From positions 1,085 to 65,084 of the forward strand of contig JAAOMT010000695.1 of the NCBI GenBank assembly GCA_016748015.1: 64,000 nt of DNA. Reading direction: 5' to 3'. The notes beneath the pieces were generated by a model. That model did no database searches. It saw only the letters and a list, made by a program, of their open reading frames with translations, and had not been told where the DNA came from. Made by a program: the position numbers and the translations under genes. Positions 13,606 to 27,100 of the stretch are shown here, in pieces. The number at the start of each line of letters is the position of its first letter. Positions within the stretch are counted from its first letter, which is position 1. The stretch is from Geosiphon pyriformis uo1 (Eukaryota > Fungi > Glomeromycota).

Positions 13606-15176
13606 CTATTGATAAAATACACTGCAATTACCCATGATAATACCGAAATAAGGGCCGTAATGTTCTTGAATGCTATTCTCGCCTGCGATAGATTGTCCAG
13701 AATTACATTCCTAAATTTTTGTTTAATTGAATAATCAGTTCTGAAGCTTTTACTTGAACTCACAAATTTCGAATTGAAAAACAAGGTCAATGCTATAATT
13801 ATAAACAAGGGTTATTATCTTCTACTAACCTTATTCTCCCCTGTTAAATCCTCTCCAGGAATCCAAAACTTTTCCTTAATAAAGCGGTTCACTCTGAAAT
13901 AATTTCTTTCTAATTTGAAAATTTCTTGGGATCTTCCGCAATCCCATACAGCTTCTCCATCAAATAAAACGGCATTTTTATTTTCAAGACAATCACAATC
14001 TATTGGTCCAAGCCATACTTCTCTTTCATGATGTTGCATTATTGAGCGCCTATTTTCAATTGGAAGAAAATGTGGAACGTAATCGTTTCGACGAGTAACT
14101 CTTGTGACCTTTACTAATTCATTCATCATTTTGGCAAACAATGTATTTCCCGTTCTTGGTTGACCGTAGGTATAAATAGAAATATTAATTAATCTTTTAA
14201 ATTGGTTGATTTCGGGTGGATGAGATCCAATAATATTCATAATTGCAAACGATAAACCCGCTATAGCCGCGTACGCTGTCAATTTTAAAAAGAAAAATAA
14301 ATGAAAATTACTTTAGAAAAAGTTTTTGAAAACGAAAAAAATCTAAATCACTCACCACCACCCACTCCATGTCCACAAAAAGTAATTTTTGTTAACTCCT
14401 CGTCTTCTATATGACCATATATATTTGATAGCATAGCATCCATCATAAGGGAGACCTCACCGAACCATTCTTTATCAACTAGTACTAATGCATTTGTCGA
14501 CATTCCTGGAACACTAAATGGTACCAACTCATTTGTTCTATCTTCCCATTCGGCTTTGGTCAAAATAGGAGCTTTGAAATGTACAAAAATTTGTTCTAAT
14601 TTCACATCCGTCAATACGGTACCTGTTATATATGGAAATAGTGAAAAATTTATTCGAATTGAAGAGTCGTCAAGATTGGAAAAGAATTAGATTATTATAA
14701 ATACCAAAGATATCTTTGCCATTTTTTACCAAGCTTCCAAGAGTATTAATTAAGGAATATGGAAAACAATAGGGCATATTAGCATATAGAGCTTGCATTT
14801 TTAATAATGCAACTTCATCCCTTTGAGTGATGTCAAATAGTCGTTTTTTAAGGTATACTTCATTATCAAAGTCTGTTCTTTTGTAAAATAAATGATCGTC
14901 TATAATTTGTAACGTTTTTGCCGCAAATGAAAATCGAGATAATTTTGAAAGTTTCTTGATTGATTTTGAAATACTTTCAGTTGGATAAAGTTTATTACGT
15001 TTTAAATTTAGGAAATTCTTCAAAATATTTCTCAATTTTAAACCATTCAAATGGAAAGAACTTCCAATTAAAATAAGGAATAAGAATATTAAAATTAATA
15101 AAATCGAATAAAATTGGTTTGATTTTATTGAAAAAAATCGAAAATTTTTGGTAGAATTTCCTTGAGCTGTATACAT
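13606..15176 (-). CDS. Lipase class 3-like protein A, catalytic Ser absent (~429 aa, 4 exons)
   Basis: Exons 15176-14705, 14622-14356, 14275-13830, 13710-13606 join in frame. Motifs ANMPYC, FKAP, FCGHGVGGAYA, TYGQPRTGN, RVTRRNDYVPHF, HHEREVW, EHYGPYFG. N-terminal hydrophobic stretch and KKR. Confidence 0.88.
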
Positions 15177-16039
15177 TTTTACTTAAAAAAAATTTGCACA
15201 ATTTAATAAGACAGGAAAAATTAATTTTTTAGCTCTATATTTGAAGATGATTAGAAAGTATATTACAAAGTAAAATTTGTTGTGGGGTGTTTTGAAACAA
15301 TTAAACAAATATTTCTCAATGATAGGCAAAAGTTTTTTGAAACTTGTTATTTGTTATGACATATCAATATCGGAATCTTGAACAATCCTTATCAATTTAG
15401 CATAAACCATTTAATGCAAGTAATTTAATTATTTTCTAGAGTACTTGAACATATATTTTTGTGAAATAGATAAAAGAAATATCTAATTTGTATATATTTT
15501 TTGCTAATTATTTATTATTTTTTTTTATATCTAATGTAAATGGTATGAAATTTCTTTTGTCAATACAATCAGAAATAAACTTTTTTTTTTAGTAATTTAT
15601 TCAAAAAAATTTTATTGTGCCTTTTATTTTTAGAATTATTTATTAACTTGAATAAAATTTAAAAATGTTTATAATAGAAATTTCTTTTAAATTTTATTTT
15701 AGAGAATGACAATTTTGATATAAAAATTGGTATAAAATTTTTTTATATATTTTATTTTTAAAAATGACTAAAAACTAATAACCTAAAGTTAAGATTAATT
15801 AGTTTCTAAAGAAGACTAATAGCAAAATTTATTAAAATATAATTTAAAATTCCAAGTAATTTTGAATATTAATTCGATAAGAAAATTGTTTTATTCAAAC
15901 TAATATTAATTTGTCCAAATTAAAATATATTTTGTTTAATTTACCAACATATTTTTATTATTCCTATTTCTTTTTAACATTTAAAATAATTGTTTCTCAA
16001 ATATATCATTAAATGATTTGGAATCACAAAAGAGTTACA

Positions 16040-16210
16040 ACCAATGGAGTCTAGATTTTAGATGAGATATCGATGTTTTGGCATCTTATTAGGGGGTTTT
16101 TTAATTCCTAAAGAGTTCGACCTAGAACATTTATCAGTAATAGATTTTCTATCACAATTTTTTTAATGCTAATATTTTAATACAATTAGCGGACCATTTA
16201 ATACTGCGCA
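16040..16210 (-). mobile_element. Degraded fragment homologous to the 5' part of the Tc1-like element at 26.2 kb
   Basis: Shares ATTTTAGATGAGATATCG, ATGTTTTG.CATCT, TAGAACATTTAT and CAATTAGCGGACC, in order, with the reverse complement of 26205-26433. Confidence 0.65.
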
Positions 16211-19200
16211 ATTTTTTGCAGTAGATATCCCATTCTTCTTAAACATTTCTACCTTATAACATTCATTTTTACTAAAATTAAAAAACCTATGTTTTGTTAT
16301 TATAAATAAGCACACACGTGCAATTTAAGGCCATTATTACTGCGATTTTCATGATATTGAGAAAAATATCCCAATTTTATGTGATTGTGTTTATTGATAT
16401 ATAAGTCAAGAATCGGTTCTTTCTAATGATATTTCTGGCTATAAAAAACTATCATATATAATATTTTTTGGTTAATGGGATTTGAAAAATGGTTATTTTG
16501 ACACATATAATTTTGCTGTAGCTATTGATTAAAAAAATTTCTTATCAATGATATTATTAGATGAATAATTTCAAAATATGGAATACTCATTATAAATAAT
16601 GTGTATTTTGGACAATTTGCCTCTATTAACTTCAATATTGTAATTTTTTTTAAATTAAAATTTCTATTCATAAGATCAAAAATGGCTTCTGTTGTATTAT
16701 AAAAATATTTTTCTAATATGCTTCCTACTTTTAAAAATTATGAGATTTTTCTAGTCAAGTTCTTAAATTAGATTTTTCTGATCTAAATTATAAACCTCTT
16801 GTAGTTGGGTTGTTTTAAAAAATGCTTTTTCCATTAATCAAATTTAGAAACAAACGTAACTTCACAAAAATAAGTAAGATGATTTAACGAATGTTTCAGA
16901 ACAATTAAATTCAGTTATGTATTAGTTTTTTGTTGACTAAAACACTTTTTTTAGGAATTTAATTAAATTAATTTGCTGTAATCTTTGTAATTGTACTATC
17001 GTTGGTTTAGCTCAAATAGATAAAACTAAATTTCTTGATTTGAAATTTTGATATATTTTGAGAGCCCCATTTAAATTAAATTAAATTAAATACCAATCAA
17101 TCAATCAAGCATTTTTTTTTAAGATTCATTTATTCATATGTAAATTAACACACAAATATTCAATTATTTACAACTTTCTCAAACAATAAAAAAATTTAAA
17201 ATTTAAAATCTAAATACTAGATAGAATAAAAAATATTCATTACATAAAAATTTTTATAGCGTGATTTTTTATTTAAATTTTTTTTTAATAGTTTACAATT
17301 ATTTTCAGGCTATATAAATTTGTTTGGATAAACAATAAATCATGTTTAATATAAACAACAATAAAAAACTTTTTGAATAAGATTAATTATTCCGGCAAAA
17401 TTTTACAAGACTTAAAAAAACAATAATAAGTAAATTTAAATTTTAGTACATTTTAAAAAAAAAATTTAAATATAAAAATTTATTTCGAAATACAAAGCAA
17501 AGCAAGTTAACATTTTCAAAATATTCTTATCAAAAAACATTTGATAATACAAAAATTTCAATTTTGTATTAAAATTGTTATATCAATATATAATAAATAA
17601 TAATTAAATAAATTGCAGTTATTTTTAATTATATAATTTATGAGAAAAATAATAATAAAAATTTTATTTTAAAATAATTAAACTTTTTATTTCTAATATT
17701 TATATTATTAATTATTAAATTTTACAATTATATAACTTTTATATGTATTTATTAAAAATAAAATAATATTTTTACATTTTTTAGAATTTGTATTTTATAT
17801 TTGTATTAATATTTCAATAATTATTTTTAGTCTTAATATTCAATTAGTTGTTTGATAATAATTCACACTAATTATTTTAATTACTCTGAATATTTTAAAT
17901 TTATATTGTCCTACAATATAACAAAATAGTTTTAATATTTGACAAATATATAATAAAAATATATAAATATAAACCGGCTTAATTATAATAACGCCTACTG
18001 CAAATGGTTTACCTAGAACTTTTAGTAAACAGAATTTTGATATCCTTAATTATTGAACTCTGAAAGGGATAAAAATAATGATATTTGATATTTGATTTGA
18101 TTAAGTATGAAATTCTTATTTGGGTTTGAATTATCATTTTTATTGAAAAGATTGATATTTATTACCTCACAAAATTGATTTTTAGCTTTTTCAGATATTG
18201 AAAACCAAGTACATACTTTAAACATAAAAATTCAAAGGATCAATATTTCAAGATAGCAGACTTGGCACATTTATTATTTAACCTAATTTTTGTGATTATG
18301 GTGTATACCACGAGTCGAACATTAGAAAGAAAAGTATACTGACAAAAAATTTGAAATATTGATTTTGTTGAAAATTCAGAAGTAAAAATAATTAACTTGC
18401 CAAATATAAAAATTGTAAATCTTTTCTATGATTTATAATTGAATTCGATATAGAGAATAATACTCATCAAAATTTAAAAAATTTGGCGAAAAAATTTTAA
18501 GTCTCAATATTTCTGGTCAGTTCTATGATCAAATATTTGATAAATATAATTGAACTGGAATTGTAAAAGACATTTGACTTTTAAGTGTTTTAAAAATTCA
18601 AAGTTGTTTTAATTTTGATGTTAATAGTCATAATTTAAGCTAAATACAGATTTTTGCTTGAAAATTTGAGATGGTTAATAATTGGGTTGTCAGTTTTCTA
18701 AAAATATTTGTGTACCTGTTAGAATAGGAAACTTTTCAGATATTGTAAGATAACTTTTATTTAGATCTTTGATCTCAAATTTCCTCTTGGATTTCAAATT
18801 TGACCGAATAATTTTAATAAATAGGTTCTAAACACTACTTGTTTTAGGACGCTTCAAATTATCAAATACAATATAGTTTTATTGCTCCCCGCTGATTTTA
18901 TCCACCAAATGATTCTCAAAAATAGTCTCTATCATTTATTTATTCTTGATGCCTACCGATTTGATTGAAAAGTGTAATCTTCTATATTTGAGGTCAATTT
19001 TAATGACGAACAAGAAAATTTTATGAATTTCACTTCTCTAAGACATGTATATTAAATTGGGCTTTACTTTTGATGCTTACTGTACACTGAAAGATAGACA
19101 AAATCTATTTCATCACTTTTTATTTATGTTATAATGTGAAATGATACTAGTGTATGAGCAATGATCTTTGATGAAGTTCCCTCTTTCTTTTATTTACTTC

Positions 19201-20278
19201 CAAGCCACTAACAGAGATGTGCAGTGTAAGGAAAAAATCACATGTGAATTTTTGTCATATTATTTAAAAAATATTCTCGTTCTGCATCTTATTTACTTTT
19301 ATTCTCCTAATGAAATTACATTCATAGATGAGGCCTCGAATGAATCACCAAAATTGTGCGAAAACTTACAGCTACTCAACTCCTTCACAAGATTTTATTT
19401 ATTGTGTGTCTACATTTAACTTATGGCATCCTAAATTAGTACATGTCAAAGCCTTCATCGAATTGAAAAAAAAACTTTTAGAATACTTAGCAAATGCATT
19501 CTTGGAGAGATATGATTTCGATATTTAAAGATTAATATGGTCATTTGAACTTCTCGATTTATTGAAATTCTTTCACAATCGACGAAACAACACTATGAAT
19601 GATATATCAGAAGTTTGCTTTTGATCATCGATTATCTGATCCAATTACGTTTAGTGTATCTTAAATTTGGCTTTTACTTTTGCCAAACCATCAAATTTAT
19701 TTCGCTACGTAAAAACCCCTTAATCGCAAAATATTCAAGATGATAAAGGAAAGTTTTCATAAAGAATCAAGATTTTAAGTTAATTCTACCGGTCTAGACA
19801 GCCAGATAAAAGCAAAGATCATGCATCTCTGTGTCTTCCGAATTGTGTTTAAAGTTAAAACTAAAGATATTTACCGGATGAATTAAGAACCATTTTACAA
19901 GATGAAATGAATAACGAATTTAGCAAGCAAACTCTTTTGATTGATATTTGAGTTTATTTTCAGAGCTCGTCTTAAAAATATCATTAAGATTGTAATTTAA
20001 AGTTTTCAGTCTCTATAAGAAATTTAATTTGAACTAATTTTTCAATGTTAAAAGCTCTGTAATTTTGATATTAAAAATTAAATTTTCCATCATCTTTCAT
20101 TAAAGTGTAAGAATCAAGAGTTTTAATTTAAATCGTAATTACAGTCAAAAAAAAACATTCATTCTACATTTCTTAATGCAGGTAACCTATTGACTGAAAG
20201 ATGCCAAAACCTTCTTCCAATAAAAGATAATGATCTTTCAAGACTCCCTTTTTTTTTTTGAGAGAAAGAAGCAAAGAT

Positions 20279-21727
20279 TTAATACACTTCCTTGTCAAGC
20301 GCAAACCCTTCACAATTCCCCATAGTTGTTCTAAGATATGGGCCAAAATGAACATCATGCTCTTTATCTTCTAATGAATCCACTGTGCCTAAGTTACATT
20401 CCTTCAAATTAAAAAGCAGTAAGTTTTCACAAGGTAACCCAAGCCAAAAAACAACATATTACGGTAAAATTTATTCCTTACATTGTTTTCATCAAAATCT
20501 AGCAGAGATTTCCTTCCGGAACAATCATATATCACATCTTTTACTTTTTTCACGTTTAAATTACAATTACAATCCTGATTTTCAATCCAATATTCTCTGT
20601 AGTAATGTAAAAAATTTCCTTTCGCCATAAAATCTCTTGGTATCCAATCATTTGAATGAGTGACGCGAATAAATCCATTATAATTTAACGTTCTCTTCAA
20701 GAATCTCACAAAATAGAAATCTCCAACTCGTGGCGCGCCAAAAGTTATCACCGAAATTTTAGAGACATCCATCTGAAATTTCTGAACCATCAATGTTTGA
20801 ATATATGTGGCTGCCAGGATTGCGTATGCTTTCATAAAAAAAAATTAGTTTCAAAACATTGAAAATTTACATTGTATGAAACTTCATACCTCCCCCAATT
20901 CCGTGCCCAACAAAATGAATCCTCCAAGGAGATTCGGTTTTTTTATTTCCCCAAAATTTTTTAAGTTTCTGGATGAGAGAAGGCATCATTTTTTGGACAT
21001 GCTGATGCCACACTGAGTCCACGAGAGGTCTTTGCGAGAGATATTTTTCCACTTCAATAGGGAGAAGATCAATTGGCCGTTTTTTCCATTCATCTCGAGT
21101 ATAATGAGGACCTCGAAAGTAGGCAATAATTACCATGCCTTCCAAGGTTTTCTGAAATGCATCGGCTGGATAAGTAAATTCAAAAATAAGTTATTATTTA
21201 ATTTCAAGATATTATCCATATTCAGAGAATACATCTTATTAAACAATAAGAAACTTACCAATAACATTTTGGTCCAAAATGACTTTACCAATTTCATTAT
21301 GCTCTGGAAAACAATAAGCGAAATTTGCATATTGCGCCATTCTTCGAAGAAAGTTAATTTGTGCTTTGTCAGTCAAACTTTCTTTATGTGGGGGTGGGAA
21401 TACTGGTTCTTGTGATAAATAATATTTGGTGGACCGTTTAGATGGTGGTTTTAATTCATTCTTTTTGAATTTGGTAAAAATTTTTAAGTTAAACTTAGTA
21501 AGTCTCTGTGAGATATTCGACCATGGATTTATTTTTTGAGGGGAAAAAGACGAATCAATCCCCTTTGATTTTTCAATAGAGCATCGGTTTGCATTATTCC
21601 AAAGCTTAATTTCATTTTTGGAATGAAGATTTGATAGATTGGGTTTTGGCAAAGCTCCCGAATAGGATGAAATGTAGTCAAAAAATAAAAAGGCTGACAA
21701 AAATGAGAATTTTAAAATTAATTTCAT
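20279..21727 (-). CDS. Lipase class 3-like protein B, catalytic Ser absent (~404 aa, 4 exons)
   Basis: Exons 21727-21259, 21165-20890, 20828-20482, 20401-20279. Motifs YANFAYC, FRGP, FVGHGIGGAYA, TFGAPRVGD, RVTHSNDWIP, HYYREYW, VHFGPYL. Signal-peptide-like N-terminus and SKR. Confidence 0.88.
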
Positions 21728-23464
21728 TTGGCGAAAATAAAATTTATGTCAAACTTTTAATGGCCTCATTAATAAATCCCTGACTTATACATGTACAGTA
21801 ACCGCCCGATTTAACATATTGTAATCGGGAATTATTTTGAAATCGGGTGTTATTTTGAAATCAAAGGGTAGATCCAAATTTTTGCTAGTACGTTAATCCG
21901 AAAATTTCTGATTCAAATTAGGATGATAATTGACTTTAATATCTGTAAAAATTAATGTACTGAACAAAATATTTTTTTAAAACATTTATTTTGATAATTA
22001 TAGAGACATGAAATAACAAATTAATATCCTAAATCTTAAAAGAAAGATTTCACATATTGAACATATTGAACATATTATAAATTTTATCATAGATTCAAAA
22101 ACAAAAATACAATGATCTCAATTTGACTCAAAAAATTGAACTTTTCTCAAATCAAAGAAGCCAATCAAACCATTTCTAAATAATATATATTAGCAAATCA
22201 ACATACTTTTTAAAACAATAAATTATTGATTAGGATCCTTAATTGAAAATCTAGTCTCTGTTTAATATTTGATTTGTTTTGCCAATGAAAATTGAGGAAA
22301 AGCTTAATACTTTAAAAGTTTTAATTAGAAATTTCCAATATCTTATATTTTACTTCAAATATTTGTTTTTATTGTCAAAAGTTTTTGTAATTTTAACATT
22401 TTCTAAAAGATAATTCTCATAAATGGACCCATTTTTATTTATTAAAAAATTTTCATTTCAAAAATCGCTTATTCTTACATTACATCCTAAATAAGATAAA
22501 AAATTATGAAAATTATGAGAATTGATAGAATGAGGAAAAAATCTCAAAAAGCTTAAAAGAACTGAGAATTTTTCACAAAATTTCTTGTTTGAGAGATTGG
22601 GAAAAGATTATTTTTTGATTTAGTGTTGTTCTTTGGTTTTTAATAATAAGATGCGATGGAATTTTCTAAAGTTTATTAAAATTATTTTCCAACAATGGTC
22701 ATTATTAAAACCAGCTATATCGTAATAAATTTACAAAGAATGTATCAACCATATCGGTCAGGCTATATTAACATGATAAAGGGTCACGAGTGCGAGAAAA
22801 TTAACAAAACTAAACTAATTGGAATCGAATTCAAAGATTTATTAATGTGTTTTTTTAATTGCTAATGGATAACCAAAAAATTTTGTTAGTTTTATATTTA
22901 AATGAAATCAACATTGATAAATTTGAAATATTTTTATATTGTAAATTTCATCAATGAAACCATTTCATTTAAAAATTTATTTATACAGAATATTAATCAA
23001 TCAATCAATCAATCAAAGAATTCTCAAAATTTCAAAGTGCCAAGAATAACTAAAAATTTTTTTTTTGAAAATATGATTCTGTATATAAGATTAAAATTTC
23101 AAATCTCTCTTGGAATAAATTAGAAAGTTTTTCTTTTTTTAAATCAAATTATTAAAAAAAAGATTTTAAATAAAAATCTTTAAACGAAATTACAGGTCAA
23201 AAGATGAAATTTACATTCGATTTACGGATATATAAATGGAGAGCACTCCTCAATATCAAAAAGTTTTTATAATCAGAACAAAATCTAGGTTTTGTTTTAA
23301 TTTTTATTGTTGATTTTGGTGTTGACAACTAAAATATATACAGATTGTCAATGTTATTTCATTTTGCTGACCAAGATAATCCACTGTTTCATGTACATGT
23401 ATAAAAGAAATGCTTGAAGCCCTCATATTTAATAGCCTTTTTAAAATAGAATCTTTCTCAATAA

Positions 23465-24990
23465 ATGATGTTAAATTATAATTACATTTATTCGTCTAAA
23501 AAAACTGTGGGAAAAGAAATTATTCTAGCGCTGTTTTTATCTTTTATTTTATTTAATTATTTGTCGCTTTTCAAAGATCAATTTACTAAATTTTTAAGAA
23601 AAACCACTCCCATCTCAGACAATTTGGCTCCAGCAAAATACACACTATTTTTACTCGAATTAAAATTGAATTTTACCCTTCAAGAAAAAATATATCAAAA
23701 CGAACATGAAAAGAGATCACTCTTTTCAAGAGCTACGGGATTTAACAATGATAAAAATTTTATCCCACCCAAGAAGTTTTTAAAAGATAAAGATCTTTTT
23801 AGACTTTTTACTACGATGGCTCTCTGGGCAAATATTCCTTATTGTATTCCTAAGGCTTCAATATCAGGTCCAGGATTTATTGGTAAGATAGCTATCAAAA
23901 TAAAAATTTTTTTTGTCGAAAATTTCACCATCATTCTTCTTTATTTATCAGGTGATGTTGCATACGATCCACAAGTTTCAATAATTTTTGGATATTTTGG
24001 CGGTAATTTTTGAAAAAAGTTTCTTTCTTTAAACCTTAAAGCAAAAAAAAAATTATTATTCCATTTTTTTTAAATTATTTAAAATTAGGGCCTAAAATAA
24101 CCAAAACACAATTAGAAACTACCAAGTTTCAAATGATGAAATTGAGAGGAAATGGTTATTTTAAAGTTGATTTGCATTGGTGGACTATGTTAAGGGATCA
24201 ATATTGTGATGCTTTTATCAATAAAATAGAGCATGGAATTTACGAAATTAGAAATAGAATGGGATCAAAACAACGAATCGATATTTTTCTAACTGGGCAT
24301 AGAGTTGGAGGATGTAAGAATTTTATAAAATCAATATTTTCATTCCAAAATTATAAAATAGATTTTAAATTGAAATTTTAACCATTCAATTACTATCAAC
24401 TCAGTCTATGCCCAAATATTAGGCTTTTTACTCCTGGGTTTCCTAGCTGTAGATGAAAATGTTAACATTCATGTTGTCACCTTTGGCTCTCCACGTCCAG
24501 GTGATTATCAACTTGCTAAACAAATCAACATTGGCTCTCCAATTCAAGGGAATTATCAAGTTTCTGAGCAAATTGACAAGCGAAGCAATAAATTAAATAT
24601 GTACAGGGTTACGCATACTAATGAATTTTTTCCCCATTTCCCAAAATATTCGGTAACGGGTGTACAATATATACATCCTGGCACTGAGTATTGGATTGCG
24701 GGTATTGATTGTGATTGTAATGAGCCAATAGTTTATGAATGTCCAGGATTTTCAAAAAAAAGTCAAAAGAAATATGGTGAAAGTCTGGTATGTCTTCTTC
24801 TTTTGATTAAACTTTTAAAAAATTCTTAAGAATTAAAAGCTTAACAGTTTTGTTTTTTCTCATTTTGTAGCAATGTAATTTAGGGACAGATGGTACAGGA
24901 ACAAGCACCCATGACACCATTTATTTTGAAACTATATTTGAAGACTGCACGGAGTTTCTTGATGACCCTAGTTTTTTTCCAAGAAATTAA
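23465..24990 (+). CDS. Lipase class 3-like protein C, Ser>Arg and Asp>Glu (~398 aa, 5 exons)
   Basis: Exons 23465-23882, 23952-24002, 24089-24313, 24405-24787, 24871-24990. Motifs WANIPYC, YFGGP, LTGHRVGGFYA, TFGSPRPGD, RVTHTNEFFPHFP, HPGTEYW, THDTIYF. Contains EKR. Confidence 0.85.
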
Positions 24991-26199
24991 AAAGTAATGT
25001 GAAACTTAATATCCAAGTTTCTGGGACTATGAAAACTTTAAGAAAAATTGATTTTCGGAAAAAATATTTTCGGGTTCTTGGACGTTATAAAATAATTTTC
25101 TACAGAAATCAAAAATACCTTTTAATGAAGACCTTTCAAGAAATAAAGTCAATAGAATCTCATATGACTAATTTTATATATATATTACACAACAAGCAAA
25201 TACAATTAATTTTTTATATTTTGATAAAATAAGATTTGTTTAATAAAAATTTATTTATGGATATAAAAAGTTAAAATTAAGTTGTATACAATATCAATTC
25301 ACTTGGAAAAAGGAAATTGGTTAATACTTTAGATGAAATAATTTTTATGAGCTTGTGAAAATTATGATTATTTATTGATGAAAACAGAAAAATTCTTTTC
25401 TTTTAAATAAAAATAAATATTATAAAAAGGAATTCCTATTTTGACCAAAGATAAAAATACAATTTTTTGATAAAAAACATAAACAATATCAAGAAATGGG
25501 AACTGTGTTAAAAGAAAGGGAGAGAAGTGTATAGCCAAAAAAAAAATCGATAAAATGAAATAGTCTTACATTGATTTTTAGAATTTTTTTGATAATGAGG
25601 GCGTAGAAGGATAACAACAGTATTAATAAAGACTCCTTTATCTCAATGTCTTTTATTTTATTAGTAGGGTTTAAAGGTGAAAAAATTTTGAATATAATTT
25701 TTAATACTTTTAATTTCAAAGACATGGATTTTGAGAACATGGTCAAAATAATTTTAAAGTTTGACATATTTTCAGAAAAGAAAATATTAAAGTAACACAT
25801 TTAAAAAATATTTCTTATTTTCTAAATAATTTTCTTGTTTCACAAAGCGTTTCTATCAAAACTAATTCAAAAGTCTAAAATATAAAATATGTTGTATGAA
25901 GAATAATAATGTTTGACGATATTTTTCTTTCTTTAAGGAGGTCTGACGAAAATTTTTTATAATTTTGTGTTTTAAGATAGCAATTTAAGTCACAAATTAG
26001 AACAATTTCTCAAGATCGCAAAGAATTTTAAAGAGTGCAATAATATTGAAAGCTTTAAAATTATATCTAATTGGTTATTTTTATTAAAAAAATATTTATC
26101 TTTATATAATTTACTAATTATTTAAAGAAAGACTTGAAAATTTGAAATGTATACAAAAATGCGTCTCTAAAAAAATCTTGTAAAAACGAATATTATACA

Positions 26200-26945
26200 C
26201 ACATTATTAGACGGTCCGCTAATTGTGTTAAAAATTGTTATAAATGATTAGAATCAACAAAAGTTTAGTAATCCTTTAAAAAGAATTAATAATGGTCGAA
26301 AATTTATTATTTATAAATGTTCTAAAAGTCAAATTCTCGGGAGAAATTAAAAAAATTTAGTAAATAAGAAAGATGTCAAAACATCTGCTTACTGCCGATA
26401 TCTCATCTAAAATGCAACTTCTATCTCCATTAGAACTTTAATGAGAATTTTAAAAAAAAAAACAATATTAAACTCTTAAAAAGTGGGCTAAAACCTACAG
26501 GAATTGAACCAAGGAAGATTATCAACGCATTCTTTGAACAAAAGAATCCTTTAAAACTACCGATTCTTTTGAAAAATTTCATAGCATAGATGTACCCTTT
26601 CAAGTATGACTGGTGAAATATGTGGAGACCAATGATTATGACAAACAAAGAAGCAATATTCCAGCAAGATAACGCTCTAATTTATAAGTGCAAGTTTTTT
26701 AAAGAACTCCAAAATAATCTTGGAATTGTGACTTTGGAATGGTCTCCAAAATTATCAGACCTTAGTTTAATAAAAAAAATATGGAGAAAATTTAAAAATT
26801 GGAATCATCAAAACCGAGAGCTACAAACAGAAACTGACTTGTAGAAGGCAGTCTTTACAGTTTGGAATTCTATTCCATTAAAAACAATTCTTCAATTTAT
26901 TTATTAGATGCCGAAATCGTATTAAAAAAGTTATAAAAAGAAAAG
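26200..26945 (+). mobile_element. Tc1/mariner (DDE_3) transposase remnant
   Basis: IFQQDNALIYK...LEWSPKLSDLSLIKKIW resembles the Tc1 FQQDNA..H / WPxxSPDLNPIENLW motifs. Stops and deletions are present. Confidence 0.8.
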
Positions 26946-27100
26946 TTTGTTTTTCAATAATAAAATTATTTTTATAACTTTTATCGGGTAAAAATAATAA
27001 CTATTATTTTTTATCTTAAAAATATCCTCTTAATTTTATGTCACCAGTCTGAAAAATAAAGTAAGGATTTTTACTTTCTTTTCAAAAAATTTTAAACGAA

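Noticed and set aside
19168-19528. ORFs with ITFIDEAS, IS630/Tc1-like
   Set aside because: A single short motif with no further catalytic motifs or termini.
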